From the sequence record MT028491.1: a stretch of 64,000 nucleotides of DNA; one strand, 5' to 3'. The position numbers and the translations under genes are program-made. The notes under the pieces are model-generated. The model saw only the letters and a program-made list of their open reading frames with translations, was not told the DNA's origin and did no database searches. Positions 54,281 to 63,482 of this stretch are shown here, piece by piece (within the stretch, counting starts at the first letter, position 1; every line of letters begins with the position of its first letter).

Positions 54281-54453
54281 GATTATTTCATCCGGCGCAA
54301 AATCTCTTTACCAGTCTTTTGGTAAAGTTTCTTCCAATCTTCCATTTCCTTTTTAGTGAATGCTTCATTCATCCACCAAAAAGCATTTTCATGTTCTCTT
54401 AATAGGCGATCATTATCCCATTTCTTATCAAATTTAGGTACTGGCATCAAACC

Positions 54454-54666
54454 TTAACAATGAACCTTTCTCACCAGTTTACCGTCTGTATAAGCTTCAA
54501 CTTCGGTAACTGTTTCATTAGGAAAGGCTGTATGAAATTCCTTTCCAGCTTCGTTAATAAATGTCGTTATGAATTCTCTTTCTGGTATATAATCAAACCA
54601 GTCATTCGAAATAGTAGTAGCGAACGACTTTCCATTCACCTTAATTTCGATATGCTTAATATCCAT
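54454..54666 (-). CDS. hypothetical protein
   Basis: 70-aa ORF. Confidence 0.6.
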   Translation of the reverse strand: MDIKHIEIKVNGKSFATTISNDWFDYIPEREFITTFINEAGKEFHTAFPNETVTEVEAYTDGKLVRKVHC

Positions 54667-54681
54667 AACGCAACCCCTTTG

Positions 54682-54909
54682 TTAATGAACTTTAGTCTTA
54701 ACTTTACTCGATTCGACTAAAGAACGCAAAGTTATTTCCGCATTCTTTATGTCGGTCTTAGCCTTGTGCAACTCTTCCAAAGCGTTTTCAAAATTCGATT
54801 CACGCATGATGCCGCGAACGTTTTTTATACGGATTTCAGCCCGTTCTAGGAATCTTGCAATTGGCATGTCACTTACCCCATCCATAATAAAAGTAAGTGC
54901 ATATAACAC
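54682..54909 (-). CDS. hypothetical protein
   Basis: real start probably MPIARF. Confidence 0.55.
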   Translation of the reverse strand: MLYALTFIMDGVSDMPIARFLERAEIRIKNVRGIMRESNFENALEELHKAKTDIKNAEITLRSLVESSKVKTKVH

Positions 54910-54914
54910 GAAAG

Positions 54915-55301
54915 TTAAATGAATGTCAATGGACCAGCAAAAACGAATAAACCGACATATGGACTAAGCACAATAGAATAAAAAAATTTACACAATACAT
55001 GCCCAAGCTGATCTTGATTGAACGTTATGTACTTGTCACATTTTGCATTATCCAATAGCCAATGACAAGACAATTCCATCATACCAAATCCCAATGCAAG
55101 AACATGGTTTCCGGTTGCAATAGCGACAATGATAGCCACAAATCCAGCATGAATAAAACAATGAGCAAACATTGCATGTTTCCAAGGAATAATCTCTTTT
55201 TCCTTGTGAGGATTTTTCTCTGTTGCCAAAATACCCTGTAACGGATAATCAGCCAAGAAATGAGCAAAAACGAACAGCAAGAAAATCTCAACCATAATCA
55301 A
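54915..55301 (-). CDS. DUF3307-like membrane protein
   Basis: AHFLADYPLQ..HCFIH..CHWLLDNAK..DQLGH motif pattern. Confidence 0.8.
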   Translation of the reverse strand: MIMVEIFLLFVFAHFLADYPLQGILATEKNPHKEKEIIPWKHAMFAHCFIHAGFVAIIVAIATGNHVLALGFGMMELSCHWLLDNAKCDKYITFNQDQLGHVLCKFFYSIVLSPYVGLFVFAGPLTFI

Positions 55302-55786
55302 CCCTCTAATGTTTCTGTGTGAATTTTTCTAATAGCTTGAAAAAATCCATTGGCTTCTTTTAAAATCCATGTTGAGGTTTCATCAAACGTCTTCATATCC
55401 GTTACCTGTATTGTCCCGTCCTTATCATGACCATGCCAATTGATATCGATTCTATTGTTAAATGAAACCGCACGTTGATTCCTAACAATATGTCGATATG
55501 ACATTATACCGTCTTTATAAACAGATAAATCAACATATATGTCAGCATCAAACCATTCCAGTTGAACAATATGTTCTGACTTAACCCCTATTCTCAAATT
55601 TTGAGCATTCAAAAAGGCATATGGGATAGTAATGTATGGGATATACTCAAAACCTTGATAAAAAAGTCCTCTTGGTGATAAGACAAATTTATCAGTATTG
55701 CTTATAATATCTCCCCATGGATCAAGACCGGTATGATACGCAAACGTCATACCGAACCTTCTTAACTGGTCTTTAGAAAACGTCAT
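55298..55786 (-). CDS. orphan protein, C-terminal FxxIxxxH family
   Basis: VQLEW; ends FFQAIRKIHTET. Confidence 0.65.
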   Translation of the reverse strand: MTFSKDQLRRFGMTFAYHTGLDPWGDIISNTDKFVLSPRGLFYQGFEYIPYITIPYAFLNAQNLRIGVKSEHIVQLEWFDADIYVDLSVYKDGIMSYRHIVRNQRAVSFNNRIDINWHGHDKDGTIQVTDMKTFDETSTWILKEANGFFQAIRKIHTETLEG

Positions 55787-56322
55787 TCTGGATAATCAGT
55801 CAGTGCTTTCCAAGGGGTATCATCACCACCTTCAATGACGCTTTCGAGATAATCAGCAATGTGATGTGGACGAATATTTGTATGATCGTTCCATTCCGCA
55901 AGGCTACATAGATTTTCTGTGTCTGCATTACGCGGATTGAATACCTTCTTCATAGCCTTTATGAATTTATCAGCCATGATACCATCATCACCACGATAAT
56001 CGCCATTTGGGTATAGATGATTAAACATACCGTCACCAGAATGCATACCCAATTTGATACGGGCTTCTTCTGGCATCTGATATTCTTCTTTTTTAGCACC
56101 AAACACCAAAATTTTATAACCACTGTCATTTTTAATAGGCATTGGCAGATTCAATGTCACACCTTCAATGCCAAGAAAATGTGTCATATGACCAAGACAA
56201 CAACGCGCATTACTAGCATCAGCCAAATGACCTTGTGCCTTACGCAAACCCTTTGTCCGAAGACCTTCAATGACCAGATTGCGATTTGCCAGAATTTCCG
56301 AACGCTTCATAATTAACCTCAC
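55783..56322 (-). CDS. hypothetical protein
   Basis: RCCLG..SLAEWND motifs seen in phage proteins. Confidence 0.7.
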   Translation of the reverse strand: MRLIMKRSEILANRNLVIEGLRTKGLRKAQGHLADASNARCCLGHMTHFLGIEGVTLNLPMPIKNDSGYKILVFGAKKEEYQMPEEARIKLGMHSGDGMFNHLYPNGDYRGDDGIMADKFIKAMKKVFNPRNADTENLCSLAEWNDHTNIRPHHIADYLESVIEGGDDTPWKALTDYPE

Positions 56323-56642
56323 AATTTTTGATGTGTTGTAACCAGTGTTTTCCTATCCTTATCATATGCGATAGGAATTACAATATCTTGATCATCACTG
56401 ATTATATAATGAATTGAAATACGATTGGTTTGTTTATAACAATCGCCACGATGACGAAACGTCTTTAGAACACCATTGACCATTAGCTTAACAATACCAG
56501 ATTGATTTCTAACTACCATGAGAAGATCATTATAGGTGATCTTATTGATGGTAATGCCAAATCTTTCGGCAAGACGATTCTTAAAATGTTGACGCTGGCA
56601 AAGTGTCTTAGTCGGTCTTTTCCTCTTCATGTTGATATTCAA
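56319..56642 (-). CDS. basic hypothetical protein
   Basis: QHFKNRLAERFG ... YDKDRKTLVT. Confidence 0.6.
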   Translation of the reverse strand: MNINMKRKRPTKTLCQRQHFKNRLAERFGITINKITYNDLLMVVRNQSGIVKLMVNGVLKTFRHRGDCYKQTNRISIHYIISDDQDIVIPIAYDKDRKTLVTTHQKL

Positions 56643-56841
56643 CTTTCTTACGGCTCAAGTGCGCGGGTGCGCGCCTGTTCCACCAGTTAATAGCAAGTTC
56701 CAATGTATCCATATCTGGTGTCATTACATGACCAGACTCACACCTAATGTTCCAACCATATGGACGCCAGCTTTCGCCACCGCGTCCAACAATTGGGTTA
56801 TCACCACACATTGGGCAAGTTCTGATCTTGTAAGTCTTCAT
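56608..56841 (-). CDS. Lar-like (restriction alleviation) zinc-ribbon protein
   Basis: CPMCG...IRC...AINWWNRR pattern. Confidence 0.6.
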   Translation of the reverse strand: MKTYKIRTCPMCGDNPIVGRGGESWRPYGWNIRCESGHVMTPDMDTLELAINWWNRRAPAHLSRKKVEYQHEEEKTD

Positions 56842-57329
56842 TTCAGCACCATTCTGAAACCTTTGTTGACTTCTACAAAGACAATATAACAGGCTTCGAA
56901 TCTAGAACCCCATTGTCCAAACGGAAAGCTTCTTACTTGATCACCATCATGATCCAAAACCTTCAATTCGTTTTTGATCTTTTCGGCTTCTTTGTAAGGC
57001 AATTTCCTCAAGACATCATCATAATCAATAAGATATCCAAATTTTCTTTGAATGATCTTACCAGCTTCAATAGCCTTGTCTTTATCACTGTATAGATCGA
57101 TAACCATAAAATTATCACTATCATCAGTGTTTACAGAATCGTAATTCCTATAAGTACAATAGACAAGATATCCTTCGGTCAAAGTGGCATCGGAAGGAAT
57201 AAATGTTTCGACGTAAACATTATCGTCTTTGGGTTGCCCTGTGTGAACCATCATCCGATCATAGTCAAAATACATCCACTTTGTTTCATCATTCGTCCAT
57301 TCGCGACTCATTAAATTCTCCATAAACAA
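56838..57329 (-). CDS. hypothetical protein
   Basis: 163-aa ORF. Confidence 0.65.
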   Translation of the reverse strand: MFMENLMSREWTNDETKWMYFDYDRMMVHTGQPKDDNVYVETFIPSDATLTEGYLVYCTYRNYDSVNTDDSDNFMVIDLYSDKDKAIEAGKIIQRKFGYLIDYDDVLRKLPYKEAEKIKNELKVLDHDGDQVRSFPFGQWGSRFEACYIVFVEVNKGFRMVLK

Positions 57330-57390
57330 AAACCGATATTAGGTTTTATATTATCCTAATATCGGTTTTAATGTCAATCAAAAGATATCT

Positions 57391-57663
57391 TTAGATACCA
57401 ATTTCATCACTGCCAAGCATTGCTTCACCTTCGGAAGTCAGTTCAAGTAGTCGCGGAGATTTGCGGCCCGGAGTCGTAAACAAGTGCGAAATTTCATTCT
57501 TTTCCTGTACGGAAATCATGATGTCGTCACAAGCAAAAGCGCCGATTGCAAAATGCGTATGAGGGGTAACGAATTCAGGAACCCAACGACCGCGTGACAC
57601 TTCCTTTTCCTTGATGAACTTGAGGAAATTTACCTGAGTAGCGGTAAGAGTCTGCTTCTGCAT
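57391..57663 (-). CDS. hypothetical protein, possible winged helix
   Basis: LTATQVNFL...LTSEGEAML. Confidence 0.6.
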   Translation of the reverse strand: MQKQTLTATQVNFLKFIKEKEVSRGRWVPEFVTPHTHFAIGAFACDDIMISVQEKNEISHLFTTPGRKSPRLLELTSEGEAMLGSDEIGI

Positions 57664-57726
57664 TATATGTTCTCCTATGTTATTTCTGTCTAAATTTTAG
57701 TTTATTTTTATTAAAATTTTAACTAA

Positions 57727-58248
57727 CTACCAACGGTAGTTTACGCCTACCGTGATTCGATGATCCTTTTCCGAATCATTTCCACCATCAAATGGTTTCA
57801 CAAACCTATATCTGGTGTCAAGTTCCAAACGTTCCGTAACATTAAACTTGATACCGCCACCAACATTCCAAACCGCATAATCAGAATGGTTGTCATTCCA
57901 TTTATATCCAACGCCAGCAAGCACATAAGGCTTGATACCGTTCAATGGATAACCAGCAATAAAATTTGTGGATAACAGGTGTGAATTGTTGACTGTATAT
58001 TCATAAGCCAATTCACCGGCAAAACGTTCATCAAAATTGTAACCAACCAGTGCACCAACATTAGCGTTGGTATCACCATAATTGGTTACGCCTGAAAAGA
58101 CGCCTGTATAAACACCTGTGTAGGGAGTGATGATTTGTTCTGTAACAATATCAATGGTTTGAAGTTGAATTGCATCAGCGGCATGAGCCGCCATGTTGAT
58201 TGAGAGTGAAAGAATACCCGCAACCAACAAAGATCGTCCTAGTTTCAT
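57727..58248 (-). CDS. 8-stranded outer membrane beta-barrel (Omp25/RopB/OmpA-like)
   Basis: signal peptide AHA|AD, YTGVF, KPYVLAGVGY, VGGGIKF, LDTRYRF, C-terminal GVNYRW. Confidence 0.85.
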   Translation of the reverse strand: MKLGRSLLVAGILSLSINMAAHAADAIQLQTIDIVTEQIITPYTGVYTGVFSGVTNYGDTNANVGALVGYNFDERFAGELAYEYTVNNSHLLSTNFIAGYPLNGIKPYVLAGVGYKWNDNHSDYAVWNVGGGIKFNVTERLELDTRYRFVKPFDGGNDSEKDHRITVGVNYRW

Positions 58249-58391
58249 GTATGCTCCATTTTGTTAGTTTTTGTATTTTCATACATATCCGCGACCAATC
58301 ACCATGTCAATCGGGATATTTAATTTTTTATCAATTTAGTGCCAGTGTCCAAAAAACTATAAAATCATAAATACATCAGAAGGACAAACTG

Positions 58392-58991
58392 ATGTATTAT
58401 ACAATTTATAAAACCACTTGCCTAATAAATTCCAAAATTTACATAGGCGCTCATAAAACAAACGATTTGGAAGACGGTTATTTAGGTTCTGGTAAATGGT
58501 TAAAACGAGCAATATTAAAATATGGCCTTGAGAATTTCACTAAAGAAATACTATTCATTTTTGACAATGAACAAGAAATGTATGCAAAGGAAGCCGAATT
58601 AGTCAATGAATATTTTGTAAAAGAAACAACTAATTACAACATTCGTATAGGTGGTTTTGGTGGTTGGGATCATGTAGATTGGAAAGGTTTTAAATGGGAT
58701 GATGAACGTAGAAAATCCCATAGTAAAATTAAATCAATTCATCAGATAGGAAACGGTAATTCTTTTTATGGTAAAACCCATACAGACGAAGCTAAAGCTA
58801 AAATTGGTGCTGCAAGCAAAGAACGTGCCAAAGGCATCTACGATCAACGTATGAAAGACGGTAATCACCCCAATGCACAGGCAACATGTCCACACTGTCA
58901 AAAAATTGGACAACGAAGAGCAATGTTGCGCTGGCATTTTGATAATTGTAAATCTATTCCTTTACCAAATCAATGTACGAGTGACAGTTGA
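58392..58991 (+). CDS. GIY-YIG homing endonuclease (Seg-like) with NUMOD3-like tail
   Basis: YTIYKTT..KIYIGAHKT..GYLGSG..YN; NSFYGKTHTDEAKAKI; late promoter CATAAATA 58366-58373. Confidence 0.88.
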   Translation: MYYTIYKTTCLINSKIYIGAHKTNDLEDGYLGSGKWLKRAILKYGLENFTKEILFIFDNEQEMYAKEAELVNEYFVKETTNYNIRIGGFGGWDHVDWKGFKWDDERRKSHSKIKSIHQIGNGNSFYGKTHTDEAKAKIGAASKERAKGIYDQRMKDGNHPNAQATCPHCQKIGQRRAMLRWHFDNCKSIPLPNQCTSDS

Positions 58992-59568
58992 GGCAAACAT
59001 ATCTAGTTCCATCAATCACTTGATCGAAATCCATGTGCCAATGGCCAAACACATGTAACTTAGGTTGATGAATTTGTTTCATAACCTCTAATGCTTGTCT
59101 GGTTCTAGAAGGATCGGGATATTTCGTTCGTCCTAATTGAGCAAGCATGATATCTGCAATGCTTTCTGGACACTCATGCGTGACCATGACATTAGGCTTT
59201 TCCTTTTCGTATAGATTGATGAAATATTCTAAATCAGAGACAGAACATTCCTCATCATACCACCAGTCAAGACCCGGCGTTCTCCATGCCTTATCAATGG
59301 ATGTTGCTCCACCAATAAACATTATTCCGTCTTCAATTGTACCGTCTGGAATCCAGTTGGCTTGTGCCTTACACAATTCTGGATCATCATGGTTGCCTCG
59401 AATAAATCGATGATTTTTTGAATCTTTCAATGTGATGATAGGATTGGATCGAAAACCAATTCCATAGTCTCCTACTTGAACAGTAGGATATGGAGAAGCT
59501 TTTACATTTTCCATATACAAATCAAATTCAGCATGTATGTCTCCGATTAATCTAATCCCATCAGACAT
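58954..59568 (-). CDS. calcineurin-like metallophosphoesterase
   Basis: GDIH, VGDYG, RGNHD, THE, GHWH motifs. Confidence 0.9.
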   Translation of the reverse strand: MSDGIRLIGDIHAEFDLYMENVKASPYPTVQVGDYGIGFRSNPIITLKDSKNHRFIRGNHDDPELCKAQANWIPDGTIEDGIMFIGGATSIDKAWRTPGLDWWYDEECSVSDLEYFINLYEKEKPNVMVTHECPESIADIMLAQLGRTKYPDPSRTRQALEVMKQIHQPKLHVFGHWHMDFDQVIDGTRYVCLNCHSYIDLVKE

Positions 59569-59656
59569 ATAAAAATTTCCTCACTTACAAATTATAACTA
59601 CAGTTAGACCGACTAATAATCGGTTTTAAAAATTATAAAAGATTCTAAAGGATTAA

Positions 59657-59796
59657 GCAAGCGAAGCTTGCACATCCGAAGGATGTTAATTGAACACCTT
59701 TCAGGTGTGTATCTTACGATACATTCTTTTCTTGAATCTTTTATAGGGGGTTTTAAACCAGACTCTAAAGGGTTTTATTGAATATCCTTCGGATAT
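59657..59796. repeat. cluster of short palindromic hairpins at strand-switch region
   Basis: GCAAGC-GAA-GCTTGC, ACATCC-GAA-GGATGT, ACACC/GGTGT, TGTATC/GATACA, ATATCC-TTC-GGATAT. Confidence 0.75.
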
Positions 59797-59938
59797 GATG
59801 TTTATCAAATCCTTGAATTTAAGGCAAGTAACAAATTGTTACAATGTAAAACCTCAACATAATCAATATGTTAGGAATTACATAAAGCTTGACAGATATT
59901 TTAACTCGAATCAAATAAGTTTTATTCATAAGGCTATA

Positions 59939-60115
59939 ATGCGTAAGAAATACAAATTTTCCTGCCCTTGTCAAGACAAGGAAGTGACCATCACTTGGAC
60001 AACAGATGATGAAGACGAAACGGTGGATTTTTGCCCGTTCTGTTCTGCAAATATTTTAGATGAAGATGTGCCTCTTGAAGAGGATGAAGATGTGAGTTTT
60101 TACGATAATGACTAA
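59939..60115 (+). CDS. small acidic zinc-ribbon protein
   Basis: CPC..CPFC; start MRKKYK. Confidence 0.65.
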   Translation: MRKKYKFSCPCQDKEVTITWTTDDEDETVDFCPFCSANILDEDVPLEEDEDVSFYDND

Positions 60116-60581
60116 AAAAAATCTGAATTTAAGTCCTTGGATTTATAATGGTAAAGAAGTAACCGATGAAGATGTTGATGGATATGCAGGATTTATCTAT
60201 CTCATTGAAGATACCGAAACAGGTATGAAATATATTGGTCGAAAGTATTTTACATCTATTAGAAAACAAAAGAAATCTACTTCTACAAGACGCAAGAGAC
60301 AAGAATCAGATTGGAAGAGTTATTATTCCTCTTCTTTAGAACTTAAAGAAATTATCGAAACTTGTGAAAATCCAGAACGTTTCAAACGTAGCATTCTTGT
60401 CCTTTGTAAGACAGAAGGCGACACAAACTATATGGAAACTAAACTCTTGTTTCATTTTAATGTGTTAGAAGACGACAATTATTTAAATGGAAACATACTA
60501 GGCAAATATATGAAAAAACCTGTTGCCATTATGGATGCAAGAGAATATTCTAATGAGTATGAAAACTTACTATTAGGCTAA
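60108..60581 (+). CDS. GIY-YIG nuclease, T4 endonuclease II-like
   Basis: GFIYLIE..MKYIGRK..ESDWKSYYSSS..YMETK..LNGNI. Confidence 0.8.
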   Translation: MTKKNLNLSPWIYNGKEVTDEDVDGYAGFIYLIEDTETGMKYIGRKYFTSIRKQKKSTSTRRKRQESDWKSYYSSSLELKEIIETCENPERFKRSILVLCKTEGDTNYMETKLLFHFNVLEDDNYLNGNILGKYMKKPVAIMDAREYSNEYENLLLG

Positions 60582-60629
60582 CTAAAACATTAAGGGTGCG
60601 GTTGACAAATCGCGCCTTTTTTGTTACCT

Positions 60630-60637
60630 TATAAATA
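60630..60637 (+). promoter_or_regulatory. T4-like late promoter
   Basis: TATAAATA upstream of 60676, after a terminator hairpin. Confidence 0.7.
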
Positions 60638-60675
60638 AGCGTGTATCTCATTTTGCAGAAAGGGAATCAGAATAA

Positions 60676-61413
60676 ATGAAAATCGTATATGACAACTTGG
60701 TAAACAAAGGCGAAGATGGATCGGTAATCGAAACTGGAACTGATATTTCCGACTCTGACCTTTTGGTTTTCAAGTCTGATTACGGCAATCTTTCGATTGT
60801 GAAAAAAGAAGAATATACGGTTGACAAGACCAAGATTCTATTTTCCAACAAATTGCATATCTACACGCGAATTGTCGTTATTGCATCAGAACGCAAGCAC
60901 TCAATCGTCAATCTTGATGTTGCAGATTTCCGCCGTCGCTATTCGAATCTGACCAATCGTTTCATGTCTTCAAAGATTGGCGATATGGATGATGATTTGC
61001 AAGGCAATATGTTGACTTCTTATGTCTGGAACATTTTTGCCGACGACATTGACCTTGAAAATACCTATACAAATATCACTGTAAATTTGACTCCTTCTCA
61101 ATCTGGCGATCTAGAAATCTCTATTATTGAAGGGCTATCACACCCAAGGAAAAAGTTTGCAACTGTCAAAGTTCCTATTTTGAATAGTGAAGTTGGCCAC
61201 GCCATTACCAAGACAGTTACACTACCGGCTTTGAAAGGTATCGTTCCAGCGTCTAAAGATGTTTTGTTTAGAACTGAAATAATCTTCAATGGCGAACTGC
61301 ATGGTAAAGCTATTCATTTTGGTGAACCAGAAGATGTGCCTCTATTCAAACACTTCGCTAGTTTTGAGATTTTGAATCGACGTATTATGTTATCTTCTCC
61401 ATATAAGGGGTAA
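60676..61413 (+). CDS. hypothetical late (possibly structural) protein
   Basis: 245-aa beta-rich ORF behind late promoter. Confidence 0.7.
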   Translation: MKIVYDNLVNKGEDGSVIETGTDISDSDLLVFKSDYGNLSIVKKEEYTVDKTKILFSNKLHIYTRIVVIASERKHSIVNLDVADFRRRYSNLTNRFMSSKIGDMDDDLQGNMLTSYVWNIFADDIDLENTYTNITVNLTPSQSGDLEISIIEGLSHPRKKFATVKVPILNSEVGHAITKTVTLPALKGIVPASKDVLFRTEIIFNGELHGKAIHFGEPEDVPLFKHFASFEILNRRIMLSSPYKG

Positions 61414-61416
61414 ATC

Positions 61417-61806
61417 ATGGATGAACTAGTTCATTACATCTTGCGTTATGGCGGTCGTTGCCGTGATTGTGCTGATATGGATGGAGTCTGTGATAGAGGG
61501 ACTCCCTGTGATTATATTGTACATAAATCGACAATTGAATGGTCCCTAAAAGCAATGGAATATGGCTTTAAACATAAGTTTGTTGAAAACCCGTTTCTTC
61601 CTTCTGAAAAAGAAGTTTGGGTAGCTTATGGTGATGATCATGATGTTGACGCCATGGAACAATGGTTGATTGGCGTTTATTCTACCGAAGAAGAAGCAAA
61701 ACAAGCTGGTAAAGATGACCAAGATCGGTATGTCAAAGAACGCGGTAAGCTTCATAAGCATAGACATACAGTGACCATCACAAAAACAATTCTTAAACTA
61801 GGCTAG
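61417..61806 (+). CDS. hypothetical protein
   Basis: RCRDCAD; GVYSTEEEAKQA. Confidence 0.7.
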   Translation: MDELVHYILRYGGRCRDCADMDGVCDRGTPCDYIVHKSTIEWSLKAMEYGFKHKFVENPFLPSEKEVWVAYGDDHDVDAMEQWLIGVYSTEEEAKQAGKDDQDRYVKERGKLHKHRHTVTITKTILKLG

Positions 61807-61808
61807 AA

Positions 61809-62690
61809 ATGATTATAAATGCTGGCCTTTCACAAGGCGCAAAAGCCGGTTGTGTGAATAATGCAACCGGTGAATTCTGTACCAACTGGTATCTGACATC
61901 GGACGGTATGGGAGAAATTAGTTTTACAAAAAATCATGTCATCGGGTTTAAAGATTATAATCCCGGTGGCAAACTCTATTTTGAGACAATTATTGAATTG
62001 TCAAGAGAATATATTAAAGGCGAACGTTATGTTTTTAGCTTTGATGCTAGTACCGTTGATTACCCGAAAGCTAAAATCAAGGCGAGATTGACAGACGATT
62101 TTGGAAATGTTTCATGGGGTGAATTCACGTTACGTGAAACAACAAATCAATTCTCAATGGTTGTGGTTCCAGATAAAAGAACAGATTACAGACTTAGAAT
62201 TGTTCTTCATGATAAATCTGTTGATGTTGTCAATGCCCAATGTAAATCTTTTCAATTCGGCAATTTCAGAATGAATAGAGGCATTGAACCAGATATCAAA
62301 ATCATCACAAATTCAGATGATGTTCAAACTGTCAAGCGAGTATTTAGAGAATATGACGAATTGGTGATTGACATCTGTAAGACCGGAAATGATCGTTTTA
62401 CAGCTACAGCGACTTGGAATGATCCTATGCGACTTGTTCCAAAGGTATCTTTTACCGGCTTGAAAATGAAACTGTTTCACAAGGATTACACATTCACTAC
62501 TGATATTATGGTAGATACCCGTTGTGTTCTAAATTCTCATATATCTCCGAATGGAATTACTGTTAAGTGTTTCTTTGAAGATGTTTATTCGGGTAGTCTG
62601 TCACAGTTTTTTAGTCGTATTGAAACAGGTGAATGGTTTAAAGGAATTGTTGAGGATCATGTTATATTTGATAGTAGGATTATCCCATGA
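61809..62690 (+). CDS. stand-alone carbohydrate-binding-like domain resembling tail fibre C-terminus
   Basis: IINAGL..NWYL..YVFSFDA..FTLRETTNQFSM. Confidence 0.6.
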   Translation: MIINAGLSQGAKAGCVNNATGEFCTNWYLTSDGMGEISFTKNHVIGFKDYNPGGKLYFETIIELSREYIKGERYVFSFDASTVDYPKAKIKARLTDDFGNVSWGEFTLRETTNQFSMVVVPDKRTDYRLRIVLHDKSVDVVNAQCKSFQFGNFRMNRGIEPDIKIITNSDDVQTVKRVFREYDELVIDICKTGNDRFTATATWNDPMRLVPKVSFTGLKMKLFHKDYTFTTDIMVDTRCVLNSHISPNGITVKCFFEDVYSGSLSQFFSRIETGEWFKGIVEDHVIFDSRIIP

Positions 62691-63481
62691 ATGTAATTCA
62701 TAATTCTTATTTGTTGGATTTTATGGACAATCCATTTATTGATGCTCATCATGAACTTATCAGTAATTGGAAATGGATAAATTTTGCTTCTGGTTGGTAT
62801 GGCTTTAACATTAGGAGAAGTCATAATGGAGGTATTACCCTTATGCAAAGGGGTGGTATTAGACAAAATTTCTTTGAAAACCAAAAACATCAGTTTTCAA
62901 CTGTTTTCTTTGAAATGCGAGTAAAGAAGCTTGACAACCAATCGTTTCCTTCTCCCAATATTGGAATCACAATCCACACAACGAATGATTCGGTATTTTT
63001 TCCAGCCCTGAACACACATATGCATTATGTCAATTATAGTCCACATGATCGTGAATGGCTTCTTAAGGGAGAAATGGATATAAACGACTCAATCGATCAT
63101 ATTACCATCACCAACAATGATAGTATAGAAATTGATGTTAATAAAATTCGTTTTTCCCCGATCCCGTTTCATGAACATGTAATGGCAGACTATGGATATC
63201 TCACAGGAAACAATTGTCGTGACCATATCGAATATATTGACGTTCAACCTCATACTGGAATATCCACCAATATTCATGAAGTTGAATTCGAAGTTCCATT
63301 GTTAACCTGTCCAACTTTTAATGTAATGAATGTGCAAAAAGAAAATAAAGGGGTTTTGGGTATTAAAAATGTTAACTTTGGTGCCTTGAATGACAAGGCT
63401 GTATTAACATACTCAACTTCTAATATTGAAAAGAAGTCAACATTCATTGTATATTTTAGTATTGAACCATTAGAAATTTAA
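62687..63481 (+). CDS. hypothetical protein, possible paralog of neighbours
   Basis: NVIHNSYL..NWKW..IRQNF. Confidence 0.6.
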   Translation: MNVIHNSYLLDFMDNPFIDAHHELISNWKWINFASGWYGFNIRRSHNGGITLMQRGGIRQNFFENQKHQFSTVFFEMRVKKLDNQSFPSPNIGITIHTTNDSVFFPALNTHMHYVNYSPHDREWLLKGEMDINDSIDHITITNNDSIEIDVNKIRFSPIPFHEHVMADYGYLTGNNCRDHIEYIDVQPHTGISTNIHEVEFEVPLLTCPTFNVMNVQKENKGVLGIKNVNFGALNDKAVLTYSTSNIEKKSTFIVYFSIEPLEI

Positions 63482-63482
63482 T

